DNA from: an uncultured Rickettsiales bacterium
GTDB lineage: Bacteria > Pseudomonadota > Alphaproteobacteria > Rickettsiales > UBA1997
DNA: 64,000 nt
Assembly: GCA_934747265.1 (NCBI GenBank)
Contig: CAKVGI010000003.1
Location: forward strand, 26,515 to 90,514
Direction of reading: 5' to 3'
The position numbers and the translations under genes were made by a program. Of this stretch, positions 29,706 to 39,314 are shown one piece after another (within the stretch, counting starts at the first letter, position 1; the number at the start of each line of letters is the position of its first letter). The notes under the pieces are model-generated. The model saw only the letters and a program-made list of their open reading frames with translations. It was not told the DNA's origin and searched no databases.

Positions 29706-30142
29706 ATATTTTCTGATTGAACCCAGCCAGTTTTATCTCTTATTTTGATTTTACACCAGTTTTGTGAACATTTTTCAAGTTCAGCCACAACATTTTCTTC
29801 AAGTCTAAAAATTGGAACTGACTTCAAATTATTCTTTTTATACATAATTTGTGTTCCATTTTTAATAATTATATGCCTTTTCTTAATGGTTAAATTTTTA
29901 CTAACCCAACCTTCATCATTATCCTTATCTATAATTTTGTACCATCCTTCGTACTCACCAACAACCTTAATCGGCATTGATTTTATTTTATATATGTATT
30001 TTATAGGGTATTCATTACCTGGTCCATTTCTTAAATTTACTTCGTTTGATCTCAAAGATACAAAAAAACTATTTTCAGTAGCATATAGTAAACTAGCTAT
30101 TAATAAATTGAAATAAAAAATATATTTTATAACAGTTTTCAT
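29693..30142 (-). CDS. Periplasmic tandem bacterial SH3-domain protein (DUF1058-like)
   Basis: 149 aa with a signal peptide and two SH3b-like units (VNLRNGPGNEYPI...EYEGWYKI...EGWV and a second ending CSQNWCKIKIRDKTGWV). Confidence 0.65.
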   Translation of the reverse strand: MKTVIKYIFYFNLLIASLLYATENSFFVSLRSNEVNLRNGPGNEYPIKYIYKIKSMPIKVVGEYEGWYKIIDKDNDEGWVSKNLTIKKRHIIIKNGTQIMYKKNNLKSVPIFRLEENVVAELEKCSQNWCKIKIRDKTGWVQSENIWGI

Positions 30143-30150
30143 GGTTATAT

Positions 30151-30906
30151 TTAGTTTAATAAATAATCATAATCTAGCAAATAATTGATTTCATAACATT
30201 TATAATCATTTATTTGAGCAATATCATAATCAGAATATGTGCCATCATCTTTTTTACAACTTCCCCTAAGTGTGCCTTTATTATAAATTCCATCATCTAA
30301 TTTTTTATCTATATTTTTTATTACCTTTGCTGGTATATGGTATTTATTTTTTTCTTTTTTGTTTTTGGAGTTAAATGTTAAATAATTTCCATGCGTTTTA
30401 TATAATGCGGAATCTGTATCTTCAATACTATCTTTTGCTTGATATTTAAATCGTATAATAAATTCTGGAAAAGCTTTACTAATAGGAGAACCACCATTAT
30501 CCCAGTCTAATTCACTTTCTGAATTGCTATATTTCTTAGGCTCAAAATCTATATATTTCTTTTGAAATAATTCAACAAGAGGACCAATGCTATCTGTTGG
30601 TAAGCCATAATTTTCTTTATTAGAAGTATATGGCTCGCCAAAACTATTATTATCATAAGTTTGTCCAGACGAATAGCCTATTTTTCTACTTCTATTTTTA
30701 TCACCCGGCCATTTTTTTGTAGTATCTTTGAATATTTTAACTGCTTGCGAATATGTTCTAATTTCATCCATTAATACAACCATTTTTGCATGTTGCTTTA
30801 ATGTAATACCGGCAACAACCACTGATACTAAAAGTGATATTACTGCTAGAACTATTGCTACTTCTATTAAAGTATAAGCTTCTTTATTATTTTTCATTTT
30901 ATCCAA
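30151..30906 (-). CDS. Type IV pilin-like / pseudopilin protein with an N-terminal prepilin-type helix
   Basis: 251 aa. A short basic leader is followed by A|YTLIEVAIVLAVISLLVSVVVAG (Glu at +5, ~20 hydrophobic residues). Position -1 is Ala rather than the usual Gly. Confidence 0.65.
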   Translation of the reverse strand: MDKMKNNKEAYTLIEVAIVLAVISLLVSVVVAGITLKQHAKMVVLMDEIRTYSQAVKIFKDTTKKWPGDKNRSRKIGYSSGQTYDNNSFGEPYTSNKENYGLPTDSIGPLVELFQKKYIDFEPKKYSNSESELDWDNGGSPISKAFPEFIIRFKYQAKDSIEDTDSALYKTHGNYLTFNSKNKKEKNKYHIPAKVIKNIDKKLDDGIYNKGTLRGSCKKDDGTYSDYDIAQINDYKCYEINYLLDYDYLLN

Positions 30907-30982
30907 TAAACAATCCTAATAATAACAATATATTTTAAAAGGCTAAATGTCAATAAAATATTTAAAGATTAAAAATAAGAAC

Positions 30983-32623
30983 TTATTCTATTATAGATAA
31001 TCTTCTAATGCTTTCATCCTTTCCTAAAACTTTCATTACAGAAAATAAGTCGGGACTATTTTTTCTACCAGTAATTAAGTATCTAAAAATAGCTACAAAA
31101 TCAGCAACTTTTCCCTTATGAATTTCAGGATTAAACTCTTTATTGTTAATGCAATAGCCATATTTTTCAGCCATAGCTTTGATCTTGTTAAACCAATCGG
31201 TATGGTTTTGCATTAAATCGTTATAATTTTCTATATACTCTTTAACTATATTTTTTGCATTATTCAAATCTAAATTTGGCATATCTTGCTTGAAGTTTTC
31301 AAGGGTATATCCGTAATCAAAGAAATAGCTAATTTCATTCCAAATGCTTGATAATGTAGAGAAGTCTTTTCTAACTCTATCACAATCTTTTCTTTCAATT
31401 TCAAAAATTCTTATAAAGTAGTCCTTTTGGTCTTCCATTTTTTTAGCTAACTCTTTGTCAAAATCATTAGCCCAAGTTAATAATCTATTATAAATTTCTT
31501 CAGCGGATAAAGTTGCCATAAAGTCTTTACAAATACTGTCAAGTTTTTTGAAATCAAACAAAGCACCACTTACACCCAATTTTTTAATTTCAAATGGGAA
31601 ATCTTTAAAATTAGCTTTTGGATTCTCTTTTCTCCAATCTTCGTAATTAGAGTTTGCTAAATTCATTAAATAATCAAGTATTACTTCCTTTGGATAGCCT
31701 TTTTCAACAAAAAATTGGAAGTTTGCTTCTGGATCTTTTCTTTTACTTAATTTTCTTTTAGCTCCATTATCCAATTTTTGAATAGGTGCAGGTTGAACAT
31801 AAACTGGCACTTTCCAACCCATTGCCTGAAATAATTGAATATGTAAAGGAGTTGAAATAAACCATTCATCAGTTCTAACAACATGTGTTGTACCCATTAA
31901 ATGATCATCAATTAAATGAGCAAAATGATAAGTTGGCAAACCATCACTCTTTAAAATAACTATATCCAAATCATTTTCTGGCAACATTTTTTTGCCTTTT
32001 ATAGCATCTTCAAAAACAATTCTATTATTAAAATTTCCGTTTGATTTAAAATATATTACATAAGGTTTTCCAGCGTCAAGATTATCAGAAATTTGCTCTT
32101 CTGTTAAATTTCTTTCTTTTGCCCACAAACCATACAAACCAGTTCTAATTTTTAATTTGGTTTGTTCCTCTCTCATCCTCTCTAATTCTTCTTTTGTCAT
32201 AAAGCTTGGATAGGCCAAATCTTTTTTTAGTAATTCTTTTACATAAGCTTTATAAATTTTTTCTCTTTTACTTTGTGTATAAGGCCCATAATTTCCATAT
32301 TCCTTACCGTCAATTCTTAAACCTTCATCGGTGTTTAAATCGCAATAGTTTAGAGTTTTTAAAATGGCTTCCAACGCACCTTCAACTTCTCTTTTTTGAT
32401 CTGTATCTTCAATTCTTAAAATAAATACACCATTATCCTTATGAGCTATTCTCTCATCGGTCATAGCGGTCCATACGGTACCAATATGCATGAAACCTGT
32501 AGGGCTTGGCGCGATTCTTGTGATAACCTGTCCGTCAGGTCTTTTTGGGTATCTTTTTTCAATTTCTTCAATAGACGGTATATCTTTATCAGGTATTAAT
32601 CTATCAACTAATTCTTGCTTCAT
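30983..32623 (-). CDS. gltX: Glutamyl-tRNA synthetase (long form)
   Basis: 546 aa with RIAPSPTGFMHIGT (HIGH region), ILRIEDTDQKR and KLSKRK (KMSKS). It is longer than typical alphaproteobacterial GluRS, with a ~35-aa N-terminal extension. Confidence 0.8.
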   Translation of the reverse strand: MKQELVDRLIPDKDIPSIEEIEKRYPKRPDGQVITRIAPSPTGFMHIGTVWTAMTDERIAHKDNGVFILRIEDTDQKREVEGALEAILKTLNYCDLNTDEGLRIDGKEYGNYGPYTQSKREKIYKAYVKELLKKDLAYPSFMTKEELERMREEQTKLKIRTGLYGLWAKERNLTEEQISDNLDAGKPYVIYFKSNGNFNNRIVFEDAIKGKKMLPENDLDIVILKSDGLPTYHFAHLIDDHLMGTTHVVRTDEWFISTPLHIQLFQAMGWKVPVYVQPAPIQKLDNGAKRKLSKRKDPEANFQFFVEKGYPKEVILDYLMNLANSNYEDWRKENPKANFKDFPFEIKKLGVSGALFDFKKLDSICKDFMATLSAEEIYNRLLTWANDFDKELAKKMEDQKDYFIRIFEIERKDCDRVRKDFSTLSSIWNEISYFFDYGYTLENFKQDMPNLDLNNAKNIVKEYIENYNDLMQNHTDWFNKIKAMAEKYGYCINNKEFNPEIHKGKVADFVAIFRYLITGRKNSPDLFSVMKVLGKDESIRRLSIIE

Positions 32624-32812
32624 TTTATTTTTTATGTTTATTTATAAAAAAATATATTATTCTTTTTTAAAAAATCAATATATTAACTTTGTTGTAATGT
32701 TTGAATTTATTCTTAAAAATTTAATTATTATATGCCCAGTACTATGATATTTTTGTATTGAAAATAAAATATTATATTTTAAAATTGATTATACGATAAT
32801 GATATTTTTTAT

Positions 32813-33322
32813 ATGTTTTTTATTTTATTTTTGAATTTCTTCTTTTTTGGAATTTTAAGTACAACATATGCTAATCCATTGGCTTGTCCAGTTTGCGCTG
32901 TTGCGATAGCTGGCGGACTTGGTATATCAAGGGCGTTGGGTGTTGATGATAGCGTTGTTGGGGTATGGCTTGGTGCTATTTTATTAGCTTTGTCTCAATG
33001 GACAGCTTATTTTTTTGAGAAGAAAAATATAAAAAACATTTTTGTAAAGATTCTTTGTTATGCATGTTGGTATGCAACAATTATTCCGTTATACTTAGGT
33101 TCTACGCCAAAAATTATATTTAATACAAATAAAATAATTGGTATAGATGGCTTTTTACTGTCCATATTGGTTGGTAGTTTAACATTATTTACAAGCGTAA
33201 AAGTTTATAGATTTATGAAGGAAAAAAATGGTAAACCACATTTTCCTTATGAAAAAGTTGTTTTACCAATAGTTTCACTATTTGTTGTTAGTTTTATGTT
33301 TTATTTAATAACTAAGGCTTAA
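32813..33322 (+). CDS. Small multi-pass membrane protein of unknown function, with CPVC motif
   Basis: 169 aa with a hydrophobic leader, then ANPLACPVCAVAIAGGLGISRALGVDD, then 3-4 predicted TM helices. Confidence 0.5.
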   Translation: MFFILFLNFFFFGILSTTYANPLACPVCAVAIAGGLGISRALGVDDSVVGVWLGAILLALSQWTAYFFEKKNIKNIFVKILCYACWYATIIPLYLGSTPKIIFNTNKIIGIDGFLLSILVGSLTLFTSVKVYRFMKEKNGKPHFPYEKVVLPIVSLFVVSFMFYLITKA

Positions 33323-33323
33323 T

Positions 33324-33923
33324 ATGAAAGTAATAGATAATTTAAATGAGTTTGTAGAAAAATTTGATAATATGAAAAAAGTTAATCCTTTGGATTTATC
33401 AAGCGATCAGGATTTATCAATAGCTATTATGAATTTAATAAGTATAGAAGAACATTTAATGTTTAGTGGAGCAAAAACACAAGATACTTCATTTTATGAT
33501 TTAATTGAACCAATCAGAGAAGATAGAAAAAACTTTTTGGGTATGATTATCAAAAGCTATAAAGGTGAAGTTTGGTGTATTTCAAAACATCTTTTAGCAA
33601 CGTGTATGCGATTAATGGAAGTTGGAACAAAAGCCTTATCTGCTGGTAAAAAAGATGAAGCATATATGTTTTTTGATAAAGCTTATACAATGTATACTTT
33701 ATTTTGGGGGTTAAATTTAAATGCGTTAGATGAGGATGAAGCAAAAAAAATAATTAAAAATATAGATCCAAAAACGCTTGAAAATATAGATAAGACAAAA
33801 CAAGAAAACAATCAAGAAAAAACTCAAAATAAAGAAGAAAATATAAAAACAGATAATAAAGACAGTTCTTTTTCCAAATTAAAAAACTTTGTTTCAAAGG
33901 CTGTTAATTGTTGTAGAGAATAG
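33324..33923 (+). CDS. Hypothetical soluble protein (helical N-part, K/E/N-rich tail ending CCRE)
   Basis: 199 aa. It starts 1 nt after the stop of the preceding membrane-protein gene. I recognise no motif. Confidence 0.45.
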   Translation: MKVIDNLNEFVEKFDNMKKVNPLDLSSDQDLSIAIMNLISIEEHLMFSGAKTQDTSFYDLIEPIREDRKNFLGMIIKSYKGEVWCISKHLLATCMRLMEVGTKALSAGKKDEAYMFFDKAYTMYTLFWGLNLNALDEDEAKKIIKNIDPKTLENIDKTKQENNQEKTQNKEENIKTDNKDSSFSKLKNFVSKAVNCCRE

Positions 33924-34156
33924 TTTTGTAAAATATTGAAGTTTATTTATTGATTTTTATTCACTAATTATATTTAATTTGTGGACTGCATTGGTAGTAA
34001 GAATTGACTTGGTAATAAAAATAAAAAATAAAGCTTAATAGCAAAAGAAATATAATAATATACTAGCGAAAAATAATATGAATTTATTGAAAAAAGATTT
34101 TATAAGAAAGAGGGTAGGGTGTTTTCAATAAAGGAGTTATAATAAATAAAACAACA

Positions 34157-34177
34157 AAGGAATCAAAAAGATTCCTT
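34157..34177 (-). terminator. Candidate intrinsic terminator downstream of rne
   Basis: AAGGAATC / GATTCCTT 8-bp stem with a 5-nt loop, followed on the minus strand by TGTTGTTTTATTT. Confidence 0.55.
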
Positions 34178-34213
34178 CATATAAGAAATTTGTATAATTA
34201 AGGTTTACGAAAA

Positions 34214-36274
34214 TTATTTCATTCCAAATAATTTTTTAAACCAGTTTGTTTTCTTTTGTTTATTGTTATAATTAATCTTATTGTATTTATTATATTTTTT
34301 TCTTTCTACTCTTTTTGGTGTTTTCTCATTATTACCATAAGTTTCATCTTCAAACTTGAATTTTTTAATTTCTGCTGTACTTACGGAATAAATACCATCA
34401 TCGCCAAAATCAAAATTAACTTTTCCAATTTTTTGTTGTGGTTCCAATTCTTTTTTTTCTTCTGGCGTTAATCCTTTTCTTTTTTTAATATTATAATTAT
34501 TGTCTTCTACATTTTCGCTACTTTCTATAAATACATATATATTATAATCTTTTTCAATATTGCTTATTTCTTTTCTTTTAAAATTAAGTAAATAATCGCA
34601 TAAATCCGGTGTTGTTTCAATAGCAACAACATTAATTTGTTTGTCGTTTGATGCATATTTAATGGATCTTAAAATACTTAAAGCGACTATTTCTTTGGAT
34701 TTTATTTTTCCTTTACCTTTACATCTAGGGCAAACTTCGCTACTTCTTTCCATAAAACTTGCACCAAGTCTTTGTCTTGATAATTCCATCAAACCAAAAA
34801 TACTCAATCTTGCAATTTGTATTCTAGCTCTATCGGTTGACATAGCATCTCTCATAGCTTTTTCAACTAATCTTCTATTTTTTAGTTCAAACATATCTAT
34901 GTAATCAATTACAACCAATCCGCCTAAATCCCTTAATTTTAACTGTCTTGCAATTTCTTTTGCTGCTTCAATATTTGTAGCAACAGCCATTTCTTCTACA
35001 TTTTTTTCTTTTGTAGCTTTACCTGAGTTAACATCTATTGCTACCAAAGCTTCTGTTTGATCTATAACTATTGAACCGCCCGATGGTAAATTTACTTTAT
35101 TATTGTATAAATCCAATAATTGATTTTCAATATTGTATGATTGAAATAAAGGTACTTTATCGGTATGCAATTTAACATTGATTTCCTTTGATGAAGAAAT
35201 AATTTTAGATAAACTTTTTACAGATTTAAAAGTGTCTTCACCTTCAACTATGATTTCATCAACGTCATCTGTATATAAATCTCTGATTGTTTTTTTGATT
35301 ATATCATCTTCTGCATGTATAAAAGCAGGAGCTTTTGATTCAAGTGTAGCTTCTTTAATAGCTTTCCACAATTTTGTTAAATATAAATAATCTTTTAAAA
35401 TTTCTTCTGGCTTTTTGCCGACGCCAGCAGTTCTTAAAATAATAGACTTATCTTGTGGAACATTTAAACTTCTTAAAATGCTTTTTAGTATTTTTCTATC
35501 ATTAATATTTACAACTTTTTTGGAAACCCCACCTCTTTCTGGTGTATTAACCATAAGAACACAATACTTTCCGGCAATTGAAATGTATGTGGTCATAGCA
35601 ACACCCTTGTTTCCTCTTTCCTCTTTTAATACTTGAACTAAAAGATATTGCCCTTCTTTTATAACATCTTCAATTTTATATTCTTGTGTGTTATTGTTTG
35701 TGTAATTACTTGTCTCTTCCTCTACCGAGTAATTAGGAATAATATCTACACCTTTATCATCTTCTTCATTTAAATTATTTACCAGCTCTTTTTTATCCTC
35801 TTCTTTTTTTTCTGGTAAAATATCATTTGCTATATTAGCAGTGCTTTCCTCAACATCAATAATTTTATCAGCTAAAACATCACCATCATTGCTCTTTTTT
35901 TCTTCACTCTCTTCTTCTTTTTGAGGGGTCTCATTATTTTCAACATTATTTTTATTTAAGCTTTCCTCATCAATTTCGTCAGTGTTTTGAAAAAACTTTA
36001 CTTCTTTTAAATTTTTAATTTCTGTTTTTGGAATATTATAATAATCTGGATGTATATCAGAAAAAGGTAAAAAACCATGTCTATCACTTCCATAATCTAT
36101 AAAAGCAGCCTGTAAAGAAGGTTCTATTCTTGTAACCTTAGCCAAATATATATTACCTTTGAGTTGCTTAAAATTAAAATCCTCCCTATCGTAATCTTGT
36201 AAAGTTCCATCCTCTATCAATGCCACCCTAGTCTCTTCCTTAAATGCCCCATCTATCAAAATTTTTTTATTCAT
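34214..36274 (-). CDS. rne: Ribonuclease E/G family endoribonuclease (RNase E-like catalytic domain with an acidic insertion)
   Basis: S1 domain (GNIYLAKVTRIEPSLQAAFIDYG), DNase I-like and Zn-link regions (IDVNSG, CPRCKGKG). An acidic ~130-aa insertion follows the S1 region. The Met at 36274 (MNKKILIDG) is preceded by a purine-rich RBS; the ORF track starts at 36319. Confidence 0.85.
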   Translation of the reverse strand: MNKKILIDGAFKEETRVALIEDGTLQDYDREDFNFKQLKGNIYLAKVTRIEPSLQAAFIDYGSDRHGFLPFSDIHPDYYNIPKTEIKNLKEVKFFQNTDEIDEESLNKNNVENNETPQKEEESEEKKSNDGDVLADKIIDVEESTANIANDILPEKKEEDKKELVNNLNEEDDKGVDIIPNYSVEEETSNYTNNNTQEYKIEDVIKEGQYLLVQVLKEERGNKGVAMTTYISIAGKYCVLMVNTPERGGVSKKVVNINDRKILKSILRSLNVPQDKSIILRTAGVGKKPEEILKDYLYLTKLWKAIKEATLESKAPAFIHAEDDIIKKTIRDLYTDDVDEIIVEGEDTFKSVKSLSKIISSSKEINVKLHTDKVPLFQSYNIENQLLDLYNNKVNLPSGGSIVIDQTEALVAIDVNSGKATKEKNVEEMAVATNIEAAKEIARQLKLRDLGGLVVIDYIDMFELKNRRLVEKAMRDAMSTDRARIQIARLSIFGLMELSRQRLGASFMERSSEVCPRCKGKGKIKSKEIVALSILRSIKYASNDKQINVVAIETTPDLCDYLLNFKRKEISNIEKDYNIYVFIESSENVEDNNYNIKKRKGLTPEEKKELEPQQKIGKVNFDFGDDGIYSVSTAEIKKFKFEDETYGNNEKTPKRVERKKYNKYNKINYNNKQKKTNWFKKLFGMK

Positions 36275-36595
36275 CTCTTTTCCCTTTAAACATTGCAAAT
36301 ACAATGTTTGGTCATTCATTCACATTTTAACAAACATACAACAATTTTTGTAAAATCTCTCTATAATCCAATCAACACCAAACACATACACAAATTATTT
36401 GCAATGCAATTAATAACATAATAATTAAAATTCTCTTTTATTGCTAAAATATTGCAAATAAACACTAAAATAGTATATATCAAAATATACATAATAAATT
36501 TATAACCTTTTATTAAAAAAACAATAAAATATTGATTGATATTTTATTTTTTTTCTTTAAACTATTTTTTATATTTGTGAATAGTGTACTAAATA

Positions 36596-36680
36596 GCGGG
36601 TATGGTGGAATTGGTAGACACGATAGATTTAGGTTCTATTGCCGTAAGGCGTGGGGGTTCAAGTCCCTTTATCCGCACCA
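36596..36680 (+). tRNA. tRNA-Leu (anticodon UAG), CCA-encoded
   Basis: The 7-bp acceptor stem GCGGGTA/TATCCGC (one G-U), D-arm GGTGGAATTGGTAGACAC, anticodon stem-loop ATAGA-TTTAGGT-TCTAT, a long variable arm (class II), T-loop TTCAAGT, discriminator A and a 3' CCA were all folded by hand. Confidence 0.9.
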
Positions 36681-36703
36681 TTTTAATATAAAAAGGAAAT
36701 ATA

Positions 36704-38020
36704 ATGACTAATATTAAAAAAGTATCTGATAAAGATTTAGAATTAAAGTTTGAAATTAGTGTTTCTGTTGATGAATTAAAGCAAGAAATGGAAAAAGAAG
36801 CTGAAAAACAACAAAAAACTCTAAAAATTGATGGTTTTAGAAAAGGTAAAGTTCCTTTAAGCGTAATAAAAAATAAATACTCTGCATTAATTTTATCAGA
36901 ATCAGCTGAAAATTTGGTTGAAAATACAATTAATAAAATAATAGATGAAAATAAATATGCTTTAATTAGCAGACCAAAAATTGAAATCAAAACATTGGAA
37001 TCAGATAAAGATTTTGAATTTACAGCTACATTGGAATTATATCCAGAAATACCAGCTATTGACTACAAAAAAATGAAATTAGAAAAAGAGAAAGTAGAAA
37101 TTAGTGATAAAGAAATAGAAGAATCTCAAAAAAGAATATTAAAAAATTTCTTACAATGGGTAGAGCAAGAAAATAGTTATAAAGCAGAAAAAGGAGATAA
37201 AGTAAATATCAATTTTCTTGGTAAAATTGATGGCAAACCTTTTGATGGTGGTAAGGCTGAAAATTATGATTTGGAGCTTGGAAGTAAAAGCTTTATAGAT
37301 ACTTTTGAGGATCAACTAATTGGTGCAAAAACAGGTGATGAAATAACGGTTAAAGTTTCATTCCCTGAGAATTATCATAGCAAAGAATTAGCTGGTAAAC
37401 CTGCAACATTTGATGTTAAAATAAATTCTGTAAGTACACCAGGTGAACAGGAAGTTAATGATGAATTTATTAAGAAAAATTTAAATATAGAAAGCTTAGA
37501 AAAATTCCACGAAATGATTAAAAAAGAATTAACTTCTATATATGAAAGAGGTAGCAAAAATAAAATAAAAAATGCTATTTTTGAATGGTTAAAGAAAAAT
37601 GTTAAAATTGAATTACCAAAAACTATTGTAGATGAAGAATTTAACAGACAATGGGCAGAAGTAGAAAGAGATTTATCAAAAAATCCTAATAAATTCAAAG
37701 ATGAAAAAGAAAAAGAAGAGGAAAAAGATAAAATTAGAAAAGAAGCTGAAGAATCAATTAAATTAGGATTAATTTTATCACAAATAGGAAAAGAGAATAA
37801 TATTCAAGTTCAAGAAACTGAAATTATTGAGGAAATTAGAAAAAGAGCCGCTTCTATGCCTGGTCAAGAACAGATGTTTGTAGATTTTTATTTGAAAAAT
37901 AAACCTGCATTAAATCAAATCACAGGTAGTATACTTGAAGATAAAGTTATTGACTTTATAGCAGACAAAGCTGATACAAAAGAAGTTGTAGTTTCAGTTG
38001 AAGATCTTAAAAAAGAATAA
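36704..38020 (+). CDS. tig: Trigger factor
   Basis: 438 aa with the ribosome-binding motif GFRKGKVP, a central FKBP-like domain and a C-terminal helical domain. Confidence 0.9.
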   Translation: MTNIKKVSDKDLELKFEISVSVDELKQEMEKEAEKQQKTLKIDGFRKGKVPLSVIKNKYSALILSESAENLVENTINKIIDENKYALISRPKIEIKTLESDKDFEFTATLELYPEIPAIDYKKMKLEKEKVEISDKEIEESQKRILKNFLQWVEQENSYKAEKGDKVNINFLGKIDGKPFDGGKAENYDLELGSKSFIDTFEDQLIGAKTGDEITVKVSFPENYHSKELAGKPATFDVKINSVSTPGEQEVNDEFIKKNLNIESLEKFHEMIKKELTSIYERGSKNKIKNAIFEWLKKNVKIELPKTIVDEEFNRQWAEVERDLSKNPNKFKDEKEKEEEKDKIRKEAEESIKLGLILSQIGKENNIQVQETEIIEEIRKRAASMPGQEQMFVDFYLKNKPALNQITGSILEDKVIDFIADKADTKEVVVSVEDLKKE

Positions 38021-38041
38021 TCAATTAGATTACAAAAATTT

Positions 38042-38067
38042 TAAGTGTCCTATTTTTAGGACACTTA
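38042..38067. terminator. Hairpin terminator between convergent tig and secB
   Basis: Perfect 11-bp stem TAAGTGTCCTA / TAGGACACTTA with a 4-nt loop, followed by TTTTTATT on the plus strand. Confidence 0.75.
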
Positions 38068-38103
38068 TTTTTATTATAATATTTTTTAATAATAAAGATA
38101 AAA

Positions 38104-38568
38104 CTACATTTTTTTTAATGTGTCTTTTTTAGCTTCATATAAAGCTCTAAAATTAATAGTATCAAGCATCAAAGGTGGCATTGAAGCATCTCTTGTTGTA
38201 TCGGATATTATTCTTCTAGCATAAGGGAAAAGCAAAGAAGGGCAATATATAAATAGTATTTCTTTTAAGACGTCTTCATCATCTGCATTTTTGATATTAA
38301 ATATGCCAGCATATGTTAATTCAATTAAAAACATTTTTTTATTATCATCACATTCCGCTGACGCATTTATTATTAGTTCAACTTCAAATAATTCTTCTTG
38401 TAATTTTTTTGAATTTATATCTATTGATACGGATATTTTTGGCTTTAAATCCTTTTTTGTGTATATTTCTGGTGCTTGTGGATTTTCAAAAGACAAATCT
38501 TTTATATACTGTCCGCTAGCTGTAATTTTTATTTCCTCTTTTTCTGTATTATTTTTTGCTTCTGACAT
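38104..38568 (-). CDS. secB: Protein-export chaperone SecB
   Basis: 154 aa with SGQYIKDLSFENPQAPE near the N-terminus and CPSLLFPYARRIISD, both SecB-typical. Confidence 0.88.
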   Translation of the reverse strand: MSEAKNNTEKEEIKITASGQYIKDLSFENPQAPEIYTKKDLKPKISVSIDINSKKLQEELFEVELIINASAECDDNKKMFLIELTYAGIFNIKNADDEDVLKEILFIYCPSLLFPYARRIISDTTRDASMPPLMLDTINFRALYEAKKDTLKKM

Positions 38569-38645
38569 AAAATTAAAATTAATTATTGTATTTTAAATAT
38601 AGAATATAAAAATATATTGTCAATGGTTTCATTTTGTGTAATGTA

Positions 38646-39314
38646 TTAACGATCAAATACTTTCAATCTACTGTTAACTTTATTTAAATAAATTGCGGTA
38701 TACCAAGTAATAAATGTACTCAATATAGCTCCAAAAAATACATCCGACAAATAGTGTACATTTAAAATAATTCTACTAATTGAGATTAAAAGTCCGAATA
38801 ATATTAATATTTTGGAATATTTGTTATCTTTAAAAACAAATAATAAACAAGCAATCAAAGCCCAAATTCCAGAAGAATGCCCAGATGGAAAAGAAACATA
38901 TTCGTGTTGAAAATTAAAGAAAGTAAACATATTTCCATCATTTAATGCAAAAAAATTAAAAGGTCTAGATCTGCCAAAAATAAATTTTAACAATTGCGTT
39001 GCGATTACCGATAGAATTTCACCGCATATACCGTAGATCATCATATAAAATCTTCCTTTATAATTTTTATCATTTTTATGTTTTTTAAACATAAAAAGTA
39101 AATAAGAAAATATAACAATATTTATTAAAACAATGTATTTAAATGAGCCAAACAATGTAATAATTGAAAATATTTTATATAGTAATGATGTACTATCGAT
39201 ATTATTTTGAATAAAAGTAGCTAATCTTATATCAATAAAAAAAATCACGAATAATAAAGTTGTAGCTAAAATTATAAACCAAATCAATAAATTATTTTTT
39301 AAATTATATTTCAT
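38646..39314 (-). CDS. PAP2-family membrane phosphatase (lipid/undecaprenyl-diphosphate phosphatase-like)
   Basis: 222 aa, multi-TM, with PAP2 motifs KFIFGRSRP, PSGHS and SRIILNVHYLSDV. Confidence 0.75.
   Translation of the reverse strand: MKYNLKNNLLIWFIILATTLLFVIFFIDIRLATFIQNNIDSTSLLYKIFSIITLFGSFKYIVLINIVIFSYLLFMFKKHKNDKNYKGRFYMMIYGICGEILSVIATQLLKFIFGRSRPFNFFALNDGNMFTFFNFQHEYVSFPSGHSSGIWALIACLLFVFKDNKYSKILILFGLLISISRIILNVHYLSDVFFGAILSTFITWYTAIYLNKVNSRLKVFDR

Noticed and set aside
36596-36680. tRNA-Leu, considered as an integration hotspot with an adjacent genomic island or prophage.
   Set aside because: The flanks are housekeeping genes (the rne leader on one side, tig 24 nt downstream on the other). 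No integrase, direct repeat of the tRNA 3' end or compositional shift is visible.
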